Positions 1 to 10,188 of a DNA stretch of 64,000 nt are shown here, in pieces. Made by a program: the position numbers and the translations under genes. The notes under the pieces were generated by a model, which saw nothing but the letters and a program-made list of their open reading frames with translations, made no database searches and was not told where the DNA came from. Source of the DNA: Gammaproteobacteria bacterium (GTDB lineage Bacteria > Pseudomonadota > Gammaproteobacteria > Ga0077536); contig CAXXLL010000003.1 in NCBI GenBank assembly GCA_963662545.2, forward strand, positions 1,632,001-1,696,000. Reading direction: 5' to 3'. Every line of letters begins with the position of its first letter. The stretch's first letter is position 1.

Positions 1-923
1 TGCAGATTGACGACGTCTGAAAACAGCAGCGGTACCAGCAGGTTTCCATCCAAGGCTTGAATGATGCCGTAAGCGACCATGATCCAAATGAAATCGGCTC
101 CCCATCCGAACTGTATGTAAGCCGCAACCGCGACAGGCAGGGTAATTACGGCGGCACCTATGTATGGCACGATGACTGACAATCCGACCAGAACCGCGAG
201 CATGGGCGCATAAGACAAACCCAATAACGCGAACGACGCATAGGTTACGGATCCAACGATGAATATCTCGTAAACCTTTCCGCGAACGTAATTACCAATT
301 TGATCATCGACGTCGTGCCACACCTCCACCAGGACTCTGCGATCCTTGGGCAAGAACGCGGACAACCAAGCTGCGAGATCATCCTTATCTTTGAGAAAGA
401 AGAACACGAGTACTGGCGCCAGGATTAGATACACCAACACGGTGACCATGACCGGTATCGATGCGAGGGAAAGCGTCAGGGCGCTTTGTCCAAGTGCGCT
501 GATTTCGCTGCGAATGGTATCGATCACCTCGTCGATCTGCGGTGTCGTAATCGAATTTGGATAGGTTTCCGGCAAGCGCACTAAGAGTTCTCGCCACTGC
601 GATACCATGCGCGGCAAATCATGCACGAAATTCGTCAGCTGCCGGGAGACGATGGGTGCCAGACCGACCACCAGAAACGCCAGAATCGTGAGGAATACCG
701 TGAAAACAATAGTCACGGCCACAATCCTCGAAAGCCCATGCGTCTCAAGATAATGAACCGAGCCTTCGAGCAAATAGGCGATGACCAAAGCAGCCAGCAC
801 CGGCGCGAGCATGTCGCCAAAAAAAATTACGAGGATGAAACCCACGACCAGGAGAACGACCAAGAGCACGGCCTGCGGGTGCGAAAAATGCCGTTTGTAC
901 CAGTCGCTAACTAATTCGATCAT
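1..923 (-). CDS. AI-2E family (PerM-like) inner-membrane transporter, 3' end runs off the window
   Basis: Reverse frame from ATG at 923 reads MIELVSDWYKRHFSHPQAV...GDMLAPVLAALVIAYLLE...NYVRGKVYEIFIVG, a hydrophobic PerM-type sequence. Not in the ORF track because it is truncated. Confidence 0.85.
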   Translation of the reverse strand, partial: MIELVSDWYKRHFSHPQAVLLVVLLVVGFILVIFFGDMLAPVLAALVIAYLLEGSVHYLETHGLSRIVAVTIVFTVFLTILAFLVVGLAPIVSRQLTNFVHDLPRMVSQWRELLVRLPETYPNSITTPQIDEVIDTIRSEISALGQSALTLSLASIPVMVTVLVYLILAPVLVFFFLKDKDDLAAWLSAFLPKDRRVLVEVWHDVDDQIGNYVRGKVYEIFIVGSVTYASFALLGLSYAPMLAVLVGLSVIVPYIGAAVITLPVAVAAYIQFGWGADFIWIMVAYGIIQALDGNLLVPLLFSDVVNL

Positions 924-1130
924 GCTCCTACCGCTGGATTGACTTTCGCGAAGAGTCTATATCAATGCGGAATCCCAAATTCACCGCATGTTGTGCCCGT
1001 TATGGGAATATTTCCACCTGAGCTCGCAGAACGGGCACATTCTTTACGCCAACCCGCATATTACGCGGTTTGGGGGATGTTGGAATGCTCCATCCTGATA
1101 TGATTTTGCCAAGGATGAACTGACACGCTG

Positions 1131-2225
1131 ATGGCTGCCGATTTGAGAAGTTGCGACGGGCTCGATCTGGACGTGCGGGCGGTTGTCGAATCAATTCGGC
1201 GCTGGGCTCACCAAATCGGATTTCAACACGCCGCCGTTGCCAATATTGCGCTCCAAAAAGATGAAGTGCATCTTTCCAAATGGCTGAAGGACGGGTTCCA
1301 CGGCACGATGTCCTATATGCAACGTAACGGCTCCAAGCGCGCGCATCCAGAATTGCTCGTACCAGGGACGATTTCCGTAATTTCGCTGCGAATGGATTAC
1401 ATGCGCCAGAGTGTCGAGGATTCTCTGTCATTGCTGGACAAACCGGGCAAAGCCTACATTGCACGCTACGCGCTCGGCCGTGATTACCATAAGGTTCTGC
1501 GTTCACGACTAAAACGGCTTGCGCAACGTATCGAGGGGCTCGTCGGACCCTTCGGTTATCGTGTATTCACCGACAGCGCACCGGTGTTGGAACGCGCGCT
1601 CGCACGCAACGCGGGACACGGTTGGATTGGAAAGCACACTAATCTGATTAACCGCCACGACGGTTCGCTTTTTTTCCTGGGGGAGATCTTTACGGATCTA
1701 CCGCTTGAGCCCGAACGCATATTCGAGAGCGAGCACTGCGGGAGTTGCACGCGCTGCATCGACATCTGCCCGACGGGCGCGATCGTCGCGCCGTTCAAAC
1801 TGGATGCGCGACGGTGCATTTCATACCTCACCATCGAGTATAAAGGCAGCATTCCGGAAGCCTTGAGGCCTTCGATCGGTAATCGCATATTCGGCTGCGA
1901 TGACTGCCAGCTCGTCTGCCCGTGGAACCGCTATGCAAGGATGTCCGCGGTCGCTGATTTTGCCCCGCGTCATGGGCTCGATGATCCGGACCTTGTGAGC
2001 CTGTTTTCCCTGAACGAATCGGAATTCGACACGATGACCCAAGGCTCCGCCATCCGGCGGATTTCTTACGAACAATGGCTGCGTAACCTCGCCGTGGCCA
2101 TGGGCAATGCACCATTCGACGTCCAAATCGTGAGAGCGTTGCAGTTGCGGCGGAAACATCCGTCGGTAATCGTACGCGAACACGTCGAATGGGCGCTCAC
2201 GCGCCAGGCGGCACAACGAGCGTAG
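1131..2225 (+). CDS. queG: Epoxyqueuosine reductase
   Basis: YALGRDYH, DSAPVLE, two Fe-S motifs (CGSCTRCIDICP; GCDDCQLVCPWN), WLRNLAVAMGN. Confidence 0.96.
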   Translation: MAADLRSCDGLDLDVRAVVESIRRWAHQIGFQHAAVANIALQKDEVHLSKWLKDGFHGTMSYMQRNGSKRAHPELLVPGTISVISLRMDYMRQSVEDSLSLLDKPGKAYIARYALGRDYHKVLRSRLKRLAQRIEGLVGPFGYRVFTDSAPVLERALARNAGHGWIGKHTNLINRHDGSLFFLGEIFTDLPLEPERIFESEHCGSCTRCIDICPTGAIVAPFKLDARRCISYLTIEYKGSIPEALRPSIGNRIFGCDDCQLVCPWNRYARMSAVADFAPRHGLDDPDLVSLFSLNESEFDTMTQGSAIRRISYEQWLRNLAVAMGNAPFDVQIVRALQLRRKHPSVIVREHVEWALTRQAAQRA

Positions 2226-2238
2226 GGCATTGCTTTAG

Positions 2239-2399
2239 GGAGCCTCTGAATAAATCATGGCCCATCTGCCTTGCCCATGAAATCGCGGAGGCTTAACCGA
2301 CGAACCTTAGCCATAGTCCCCGCTAAGGCCTGCGATTCGTGCCTTGACCTGCACCATTGCATGAACCATTCAAACCCACCATGACTTATTCAAAGGCCC
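2239..2399. mobile_element. MITE family A, copy 1 (161 bp, TTAG on both sides)
   Basis: Imperfect TIR GGAGCCTCTGAATAAATCATGG...CCATGACTTATTCAAAGGCCC; TTAG at 2235-2238 and 2400-2403; homologous to 12413, 27884 and 39180. Confidence 0.85.
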
Positions 2400-2602
2400 T
2401 TAGTCGGCCGGCTAGAGGAAACTTCTCGACCTTCGTCTCCGCGTGGTCGCGAAAACGCAGCTGTTCTTGCACTCAATCCATCAAGCGCTAAAGTCCTTGA
2501 TGGATGTCGCTACATCCATGGACGGAAAATCGTCCAGTGAATAACTCCGTTTTAGGAGCCTGTTAAACTACATCTATTCGATAAAGCGCCGCTGATCCTC
2601 AT

Positions 2603-4942
2603 ATGGACAGGTATTTCGATCTCAACCAGCAAACCTATGACTGGTGCGTACGGGCCTTCGACCAGGTTCGAAAGGTTCTGGGCGTTCAGATAAAAATGCA
2701 TCACGGGCACCGGCAAATCGATAACGGCGACATTTTCCTATACAACCATTTCTCGCGGGTCGAAACCTTTATTCCACAGTATTTGATCTACCATGAAACC
2801 GGTGAATTTTGCCGTTCGATCGCCGCGGCGGAATTTTTCAAGGGCAGCGATCGTTTCGCGAACGCATTGCGTGATCTCGGCGTCGTACCCAATGATCACC
2901 CGCACCTCATGGAGTTATTGGCGACGGATATCCTGAAAGGGCGCAAGATCGTGGTGTTCCCGGAAGGGGGCATGGTCAAGGATCGCCAGGTCGTCGATGA
3001 ACGCGGTCGCTACAATGTGTTCTCGCGCCATGCGAATGAACGCCGCAAACATCACACGGGCGCCGCACGACTCGCCATCGGGCTGCAGATATTCAAGCAA
3101 GCCGTCCTATTTCGCGATCGCATCGGAGACCAGGCCCGCCTTGACGCCTGGTCGCGAGATCTTCGTTTGAGCGGCGTGGACGAATTGATCGAAGCCGCCT
3201 CGCGCCCCGTCGCAGTGGTCCCGGCGAGTATCACATTTTATCCGCTGCGTATCAGTGACAACATTCTTCGTCGCGGTGCGGAGATGCTACCGGGCGAACT
3301 CAGCAAACGCGCCATTGATGAGTTGATAGTGGAGGGCAATATCCTGCTCAAGGCGACGGACATGGATATCAATCTTGGGCCCACTCTTCGAATCGAGGAG
3401 CAGTCCTCGTGGTTTGAGAAGCGCGTTGGGGGCTATCTCGCGCGCGAACTGCCGGATTTGAATTCCATATTTGATATCGAATACCTGAGTGCAAGTATAG
3501 TTCGCCGGACCGCGACTCGGGCCGTTCGAATAGCGATCAACCGACTTCGAGATCGCTATATGCGCGACATTTATCAAACTGTGACCGTTAACCTGTCTCA
3601 CCTGGCGTCCACCATTCTTCTGAAATGTGCTGAACAAGGTACGACGACCTTGTCCGAACGCTACTTTCGGGAAGCGCTCTACCTGTCGGTCAAGCGGCTG
3701 CAAAATCATCGGGAAATTCGTCTGCACCGGGGACTATGCAATCCGGGACGTTACCAGCCCGTGCTCGAGGCGGCGCCTTCTGCCCTGACCCAGTTTCTCG
3801 TTTCCGCCGAAGCGGCCGCACTCCTCGAACGGCAAAATGACCAATTGATTCTGAAGCAAAAGCTCAAGGAGGAACACGAGTTCGACGAAATAAGACTGGA
3901 GAATCCGATAGAGGTTTATGCCAACGAGGTCGAACCCTTGAAACCAGTCGGTAAGGCGGTCCGCTCCGCTCTCGATCGGGCCGGTAAGATATCTAGGCGT
4001 GAGCTTGCGTATGAATTCTACGATGATGAAATCAAGTCGCTGGAATGGGACAAAACGATATATGGCAAACGCAAGCATTTCGAGATTAACTCGCGTGAAA
4101 CGGCGAGCGCGGATCCCAGCCCGTTTTTCTTCGTACCGGATAAGCCCAGGCGCATAGGTATCGTTCTCATCCACGGCTTCCTCGCCTCGCCTGCCGAAGT
4201 CAGGAGTTTTGGTGAAGAACTACACGAACTCGGTTACATAACGCTCGGGGTGCGGCTCAAAGGCCACGGCACCTCGCCGTGGGACCTGCGTGACCGTTCG
4301 TGGAAAGACTGGATGCGGTCAGTAGAAAGGGGACGCGAAATTATTGAGGCATTCGTCGATGAATACACCGTCGTCGGATTTTCAACCGGCGGCTCACTCG
4401 GTCTGGTAACTGCGGCGGATCGGCCCGAATCGATTGCCGGAATCGTTGCGATCAGCCCACCCGTCAAATTCCATAACAAGAACATGCTCTTTGTTCCATT
4501 GATGCACGGTGCCAACCGTGTGGTTCGATGGCTGTCGTCCTATGAGGGCGTCATGCCATTCAGACCAAACGAATCCGAACATCCATTGATCAATTATCGC
4601 CATATGCCGCTGCGGGGACTCTATGAGCTAAAGCGGCTCGCAGGGCATCTAAATTCCATTTTGCCGGAGATTGAACCACCGGTGTGCGTCATACAGGCGT
4701 TGAACGATCGAGTTGTCGACCCAAAAAGCGCAGCGATCATCCACGAAAAAGCAGGTTCAACCTTGAAGGAGCTGCACTGGATCGAGTCGGAACGTCATGG
4801 CATTCTGAATGAAGATATCGGAGAAACGCGAAATCGGGTGATTGAATTTCTCGACCGGCTCGATAAGGGACAAATTGATCTCGATCACCGGGGCTCATCG
4901 ACGACCGAAGGCCTTCAGATACCTGTCGACGTAGCGTCTTGA
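2603..4942 (+). CDS. Fusion of an N-terminal PlsC/GPAT-like acyltransferase domain and a C-terminal alpha/beta hydrolase (lipase/carboxylesterase)
   Basis: NHFSRVE and VFPEGG acyltransferase blocks; C-terminal IHGF, GHGT, GFSTG nucleophile elbow, NDRVV and ERHG. Confidence 0.8.
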   Translation: MDRYFDLNQQTYDWCVRAFDQVRKVLGVQIKMHHGHRQIDNGDIFLYNHFSRVETFIPQYLIYHETGEFCRSIAAAEFFKGSDRFANALRDLGVVPNDHPHLMELLATDILKGRKIVVFPEGGMVKDRQVVDERGRYNVFSRHANERRKHHTGAARLAIGLQIFKQAVLFRDRIGDQARLDAWSRDLRLSGVDELIEAASRPVAVVPASITFYPLRISDNILRRGAEMLPGELSKRAIDELIVEGNILLKATDMDINLGPTLRIEEQSSWFEKRVGGYLARELPDLNSIFDIEYLSASIVRRTATRAVRIAINRLRDRYMRDIYQTVTVNLSHLASTILLKCAEQGTTTLSERYFREALYLSVKRLQNHREIRLHRGLCNPGRYQPVLEAAPSALTQFLVSAEAAALLERQNDQLILKQKLKEEHEFDEIRLENPIEVYANEVEPLKPVGKAVRSALDRAGKISRRELAYEFYDDEIKSLEWDKTIYGKRKHFEINSRETASADPSPFFFVPDKPRRIGIVLIHGFLASPAEVRSFGEELHELGYITLGVRLKGHGTSPWDLRDRSWKDWMRSVERGREIIEAFVDEYTVVGFSTGGSLGLVTAADRPESIAGIVAISPPVKFHNKNMLFVPLMHGANRVVRWLSSYEGVMPFRPNESEHPLINYRHMPLRGLYELKRLAGHLNSILPEIEPPVCVIQALNDRVVDPKSAAIIHEKAGSTLKELHWIESERHGILNEDIGETRNRVIEFLDRLDKGQIDLDHRGSSTTEGLQIPVDVAS

Positions 4943-5060
4943 CAGGGCCGCCGCCGCTCGATGTGCAGGGCTACTCACCGCCCCGAACGGTAAAGTACTT
5001 CATCGACGGAACTCGGCGCCGGATCGAATTCTATGGTGCCTTTTCGCAGAAGTGACTTCC

Positions 5061-5999
5061 TCAGGGATCTCGCGACACCGTGGCGTGCAAGCTAAGCCGT
5101 TCGGCCCAACCTCTGATCCGCTGCGCAATCTCATCCTCGAACCCGAGATATCGGGCATCGGCTCCGCCTAATACGATGAGCCTGTACTGGCCGAAAGCCC
5201 TGCGAGCGGCGTCCTTTTCACGGTGCCTGGACGATGTGACAGCGCGTTCGTCGCGTGCGCCGATCAGTTCCAGCATGGGAAGGTCATCAATTTCACCCTG
5301 CCACATACCGAGTGCGGCGAACGCCGAAACTTCGCGAGGAACTCCGTTTTGAAGGCATTGGCGCATTAGTGTCGCGCCGGCGGAATTGCCAGCCATGACG
5401 ATTCGGGAGATACCATCCTCGATCAAAAACTGAATTGCATCGCGAATTCGGGCGACTGCCGTTTCGGCCAGAGCTTCATATTCATCGAGGCTCGCGCCCC
5501 GTGCGAGAAGTGTCGGCTGCACTGCGAGCACAGACCAACCATTTACCGGAAATCCGCGGAAGAACGCCTCGGTCATTTCGTCGTTTCCGACAAATGCACC
5601 GCGAGACGGGACGAAGAGCAGCGCGCCTTGCGGCGTCGGGCCCCGCGCGCGTTCGAATCGGACGATGAACGGTAGTTCCGGCGTCCCGAGTACAAGGAAT
5701 TCCTCGGGCAGGGCTTTCCGTTCGATCAGTTCGAGAATCGCCCGCTCGCGCTGTCTCCCATATGAAATTGCAATGCCGGGGCTCGCGCTCGGGTTGTTCC
5801 CCTTGGCAGCGAGCTTGGGCGCGTCGTTTCCTTCGGCCACAGCGGTCGTTGCGGCAAACAATAGCAACGCACTCGGAAAAAAAAGCCCCGGCAGCCGGAC
5901 CGGCCGATATCGACTGAACATACCAGGGTTATCGGCACCCGTCGCTGTTTCCATAGCAAAGCCGTAAATTTCACCAGCGTTCGTCACGAGGTGGTTCAA
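5061..5999 (-). CDS. Exported DUF3530-like alpha/beta-fold protein; true start probably further in (ATG 5954 or 5921)
   Basis: Signal-like hydrophobic stretch, GNSAG elbow, LPMLELIG and QRIRGW C-terminus. Confidence 0.6.
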   Translation of the reverse strand: MNHLVTNAGEIYGFAMETATGADNPGMFSRYRPVRLPGLFFPSALLLFAATTAVAEGNDAPKLAAKGNNPSASPGIAISYGRQRERAILELIERKALPEEFLVLGTPELPFIVRFERARGPTPQGALLFVPSRGAFVGNDEMTEAFFRGFPVNGWSVLAVQPTLLARGASLDEYEALAETAVARIRDAIQFLIEDGISRIVMAGNSAGATLMRQCLQNGVPREVSAFAALGMWQGEIDDLPMLELIGARDERAVTSSRHREKDAARRAFGQYRLIVLGGADARYLGFEDEIAQRIRGWAERLSLHATVSRDP

Positions 6000-6227
6000 G
6001 CGTCCGGAATGGCTGGTGTAACTCCGGGCGGATGCCAGGAACGGCTATCCGTATCAGGTTGAGCATTCCGACCGAGTAAACGCCGGTCAGGGCGTACCAT
6101 CGGGCCGTAGCAGCAGAAGGATGGCGAGATATGCGCGCTAGGCCCTTCAACCGGTCCGGGTGCATCGTTTCATAGGATGCGGTAGAGTGCGCCCGCATTG
6201 AAATAGGCTCACAACCTACCGCATCCC

Positions 6228-6908
6228 ATGAAACTCGACCCGCTTATCGCCCCCTCCATTTTGTCGGCTGATTTTGCGCGCCTGGGAGAGGAAGTTGATG
6301 CCGTCCTGAACGCAGGCGCGGACTTGATCCATTTCGATGTGATGGACAACCACTATGTACCGAACCTGACAATCGGTCCGCTCCTTTGCCGCGCGTTGCG
6401 TGATTATGGTGTAACTGCCCCGATCGACATCCACTTAATGGTTAGCCCGGTCGACCGCCTGATCGGTGAATTCGCGGACGCGGGCGCAAACTACATCACG
6501 TTCCATCCCGAAGCGTGTGAACACGTCGACCGCAATCTGCAGCAGGTCCGCGATGCCGGTTGTCGATCGGGCCTCGTGTTCAACCCGGCGACGCCGTTAA
6601 ATGCGCTGGATTACGTAATGGATAAAGTCGATATGATTTTGATCATGTCGGTCAATCCCGGCTTCGGTGGTCAATCGTTTATTCCATCGGCGCTGGATAA
6701 GCTCCGCAGTGCGAGGCGCCTGATAGACGAGTCCGGGCTTTCGATTCGCCTCGAGATCGACGGCGGCGTGAAAATCGATAACATAGGTGAGATCGCTGGC
6801 GCCGGAGCCGATACCTTCGTTGCGGGATCAGCCATTTTTGGTAGCGCGAATTACCGCAATACAATCTCGGAGATGCGCGGGGCTGTCGAAAGCGCCAAAG
6901 CAAGATGA
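6228..6908 (+). CDS. rpe: Ribulose-phosphate 3-epimerase
   Basis: [39 protein letters not shown]. Confidence 0.97.
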   Translation: MKLDPLIAPSILSADFARLGEEVDAVLNAGADLIHFDVMDNHYVPNLTIGPLLCRALRDYGVTAPIDIHLMVSPVDRLIGEFADAGANYITFHPEACEHVDRNLQQVRDAGCRSGLVFNPATPLNALDYVMDKVDMILIMSVNPGFGGQSFIPSALDKLRSARRLIDESGLSIRLEIDGGVKIDNIGEIAGAGADTFVAGSAIFGSANYRNTISEMRGAVESAKAR

Positions 6909-7138
6909 CGAAACAAAGAGGCGCCGTGCTGTTCGATTTGGACGGTACCCTGGTAGACAGCGCGCCCGATATTTCCGACGCGGTTGCCCAGCCCCTCCGC
7001 GAATGCGGATTGACGCCGCCTGGAGAATGCGCTGTTCGCGGATTCATCGGTAACTACGCGGTTTTTCTGATCCATCGTGCCATCAGCCGAATTATGCCTG
7101 GCCAGGAAAATGACGGCTCGCCTGCAGATTCTTCATGA
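6905..7138 (+). pseudogene. gph: Truncated phosphoglycolate phosphatase (N-terminal third only)
   Basis: HAD motif I FDLDGTLVDSAPD in the usual position after rpe; only 77 codons; motifs II-IV absent. Confidence 0.8.
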
Positions 7139-7728
7139 TCTTGATGATCGACAATTACGACTCCTTCACCTATAACCTCGTGCAGTACTGCGGCGAGTTG
7201 GGTCAGGATGTCGAGGTCGTACGGAACGACGCTATTCGACTGGATCAGATCCGGAGGATGAAGCCGGACTACATCATTATATCTCCTGGTCCTTGCACAC
7301 CCAATGAAGCGGGAATATCGATGGAGGTTGCGCGATCGCTCGGCGGAGAGATTCCGATCCTGGGCGTGTGCCTCGGCCATCAGAGCATCGCGCAGGCTTA
7401 CGGAGGCCGAATCGTGCACGCAAGGCAAGTCATGCACGGCAAAACCTCGAAAATTTATCACAACGGCAAATGCATTTTCTCAGGCTTAGAAAATCCGTTT
7501 ACCGCCACACGCTATCACTCACTCGTCGCGGAACGGGATTCGCTGCCCGAATGCTTCGAGGTCACCGCATGGACGGTAAGGCACGACGGAACTCGCGATG
7601 AAATTATGGGGTTGCAGCACCAATCGCTCGAATTACATGGCGTTCAGTTCCATCCGGAATCAATTTTGACCGATTTCGGGCACGACCTGCTCCGCAATTT
7701 TTTAACACAGTCCACAGCCACTACTTGA
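7135..7728 (+). CDS. trpG: Anthranilate synthase component II (glutamine amidotransferase)
   Basis: [29 protein letters not shown]; lies upstream of trpD. Confidence 0.93.
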   Translation: MILMIDNYDSFTYNLVQYCGELGQDVEVVRNDAIRLDQIRRMKPDYIIISPGPCTPNEAGISMEVARSLGGEIPILGVCLGHQSIAQAYGGRIVHARQVMHGKTSKIYHNGKCIFSGLENPFTATRYHSLVAERDSLPECFEVTAWTVRHDGTRDEIMGLQHQSLELHGVQFHPESILTDFGHDLLRNFLTQSTATT

Positions 7729-7734
7729 TTTCCA

Positions 7735-8757
7735 GTGGATATCAAATCGGCCATCCGCAACGTTGTCGGCGGGAATAATCTGAGTTTCGATGACATGCAT
7801 GATGTCATGGAGGTCATCATGGCCGGCGACGCCACACCGGCACAGATTGCGGGGCTTTTGATCGCTCTTCGGATGAAAGGCGAAACCATAGAGGAGATAG
7901 CTGCCGCAGCTAGTGTGATGCGCGAACTCGCTGCTCACGTGGACATCGATCGCTCGCCGTTAATCGATACGTGCGGGACGGGCGGCGACGGAATCGGCAC
8001 ATTTAATATCTCTACCGCAGCGGCCTTTGTCGTGGCTGCTGCCGGGGGAAACATTGCCAAACACGGTAACCGGGCAGCATCCAGTGCAAGCGGTAGCGCA
8101 GATGTTCTGGAAGCAGCCGGCGCGCGTATCGATCTTGCGCCGAATCAAGTCGCGGCTTGCATTCGAGAGGTCGGCGTCGGGTTCATGTTCGCTCCGAGAC
8201 ATCACAGTGCAACGCGCCACGCGGCAGGGCCGCGCCGCGAACTCGGTACGCGAACCTTGTTCAACGTCCTCGGACCTCTGACCAATCCGGCGAACGCTTC
8301 GGCGCAGTTGATGGGCGTCTTCGACAAAACCTGGGTGCCGCGTGCGGCGGAAGTTCTCCGACGCCTCGGGGTCGAGCGCGCACTGGTTGTTTGTGCCAAG
8401 GACGGAATGGATGAAATAAGCATCGGCAGCATCACCTACGCGGCCGAGTTAGATGCAGGTGAGGTCCGGAATTATGAAATCGATCCCCGAGATTTTGGCG
8501 TACCGCTCCAATCGCTGGAAGCGTTGGGGGCGAGTGATGCGCAGGATAGCCTGGATATCATTCGTTCGGTATTCGACAATGAAGTCGGGCCTGCCCTTGA
8601 CGTCATCGGATTGAATGCAGGCGCCGCTATCTATGTCGGGGAGATGTCGCCCGACCTGGCGCAGGGCATCGTGCGTGCGCGACAAGTCATTGCCGAAGGC
8701 AAGGCAAAACAGAAGTTCGAACGATTTATCGAATTTACCCGCTCGCTTCCTGAATGA
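7735..8757 (+). CDS. trpD: Anthranilate phosphoribosyltransferase
   Basis: [28 protein letters not shown]. Confidence 0.96.
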   Translation: MDIKSAIRNVVGGNNLSFDDMHDVMEVIMAGDATPAQIAGLLIALRMKGETIEEIAAAASVMRELAAHVDIDRSPLIDTCGTGGDGIGTFNISTAAAFVVAAAGGNIAKHGNRAASSASGSADVLEAAGARIDLAPNQVAACIREVGVGFMFAPRHHSATRHAAGPRRELGTRTLFNVLGPLTNPANASAQLMGVFDKTWVPRAAEVLRRLGVERALVVCAKDGMDEISIGSITYAAELDAGEVRNYEIDPRDFGVPLQSLEALGASDAQDSLDIIRSVFDNEVGPALDVIGLNAGAAIYVGEMSPDLAQGIVRARQVIAEGKAKQKFERFIEFTRSLPE

Positions 8758-8779
8758 ACGAAAGATTTTTATCGCCGCG

Positions 8780-9568
8780 ATGTTTGACATCCTGACTGAA
8801 ATCATCGCCCACAAGAAATCCGAGGTGGAAGCGAGGAAAGTCGATCGTCCGCTCGCAGATTTGGAACAACTCTGTAAATCGGTGTCCCCCTCGCGTGGCT
8901 TTCTCGCTGCCCTCATACGCAGTGTGTCCTCCGGCGATCCGGCGGTGATCGCCGAATGCAAAAAAGCGTCGCCTAGCAAAGGTGTCATTCGCGAAAATTA
9001 CGACCCTGCCGCCATTGCCAAGAGTTATCAGCGTGGCGGGGCCACTTGCCTTTCCGTGTTAACGGACGAACGTTATTTTCAAGGCGCCGACGAGCACCTC
9101 ATCGCTGCACGCAGCCAATGTGAACTGCCCGTGATTCGGAAGGATTTCGTTATCGATCCCTACCAGGTTATCGAGGCCCGTGCCCTGGGTGCGGACTGCA
9201 TTCTCCTTATCATCGCTTGCCTGCATGACAGCGAACTCGATGAGCTGTCAGCCATCGCGACCGATCTCGGAATGGATGTCCTCATCGAAGTCCACGATCG
9301 CACCGAGCTCGAGCGCGCGCTGCGAATAAGAACACCGCTGATCGGGATTAATAACCGCGATCTTAAGCGGTTCGAAACGGATATCGAGACGACGATTGGA
9401 TTGCTCAAAGATATTCCGGACGATCGGTTCGTCGTGACCGAATCGGGTATTCATACGAGTAGCGACGTCCGCCACCTCCGGAACAACGATGTGCATGCCT
9501 TTCTCGTTGGCGAAGCATTCATGCGAGCAATTGACCCTGGCGAAAAACTGCGCGAGCTTTTTTATTAG
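8780..9568 (+). CDS. trpC: Indole-3-glycerol-phosphate synthase
   Basis: [28 protein letters not shown]; start taken at ATG 8780 (MFDILTEI). Confidence 0.95.
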   Translation: MFDILTEIIAHKKSEVEARKVDRPLADLEQLCKSVSPSRGFLAALIRSVSSGDPAVIAECKKASPSKGVIRENYDPAAIAKSYQRGGATCLSVLTDERYFQGADEHLIAARSQCELPVIRKDFVIDPYQVIEARALGADCILLIIACLHDSELDELSAIATDLGMDVLIEVHDRTELERALRIRTPLIGINNRDLKRFETDIETTIGLLKDIPDDRFVVTESGIHTSSDVRHLRNNDVHAFLVGEAFMRAIDPGEKLRELFY

Positions 9569-9710
9569 AAATCTATCTCAAAATTATTCACATGCGCGCC
9601 GGTAGCCATTTTTGTGAAGTTCAAAGCGCGAGGAGTGCGGCAAAGCATAGGCTATATATGCGACGAGCAACGCCGAAATGCGCGAAAATAGCTGCCAGCC
9701 CTTCGGGTTG
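9566..9710. mobile_element. MITE family B, truncated copy (one end plus internal hairpin)
   Basis: Begins TAGAAATCTATCTCAAAAT at the trpC stop, matching the ends of the 49180 element; internal inverted arms GGTAGCCATTTT / AAAATAGCTGCC and a GCCCTTCGGGT hairpin; no second terminus seen. Confidence 0.6.
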
Positions 9711-9726
9711 GTCTTCTCCGGCGCGT

Positions 9727-10188
9727 TCAAGTTGTTGAAAATACAGCTTCTGGATTCCTGAACGCCTTGAATTCTAGGCAGTTTCCAGACGGGTCCTCGA
9801 GGAAGAAGGTCGCCTGCTCACCGGGTGCTTCTTTGAACCTGATATGGGGTGCTATCCGAAACGAAACACCGATATAGCTCATATGATCGACCGCGCGGTG
9901 CCAGTCTTCCCAGCTCATGATCAGGCCGAAGTGTGGCACCGGTATATCGTGGGCATCTACAGGGGTGGTGTCGACGGTTGCACCGCTGCCAATCAGGTGC
10001 GCGGTAATCTGATATCCGAAAAAGTCGAAGTCGACCCATGTTTCGCTGCTGCGTCCAATTCTGCATCCCAGGACGTCGACATAAAAGTTTCGCGCGGCCT
10101 CGAGATCGGTGACTGGAAACGCCAGGTGAAACAGCGGCCTCTGGCGAAATTCTTCCACGGCCGTGGATTTCTTTTTAGCTTTCGCCAC
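9727..10188 (-). CDS. VOC/glyoxalase family protein
   Basis: FHLAFPV.DL, WVDFDFFG, VPHFG, EQATFFLEDPSGNCLEFK. Confidence 0.88.
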   Translation of the reverse strand: MAKAKKKSTAVEEFRQRPLFHLAFPVTDLEAARNFYVDVLGCRIGRSSETWVDFDFFGYQITAHLIGSGATVDTTPVDAHDIPVPHFGLIMSWEDWHRAVDHMSYIGVSFRIAPHIRFKEAPGEQATFFLEDPSGNCLEFKAFRNPEAVFSTT

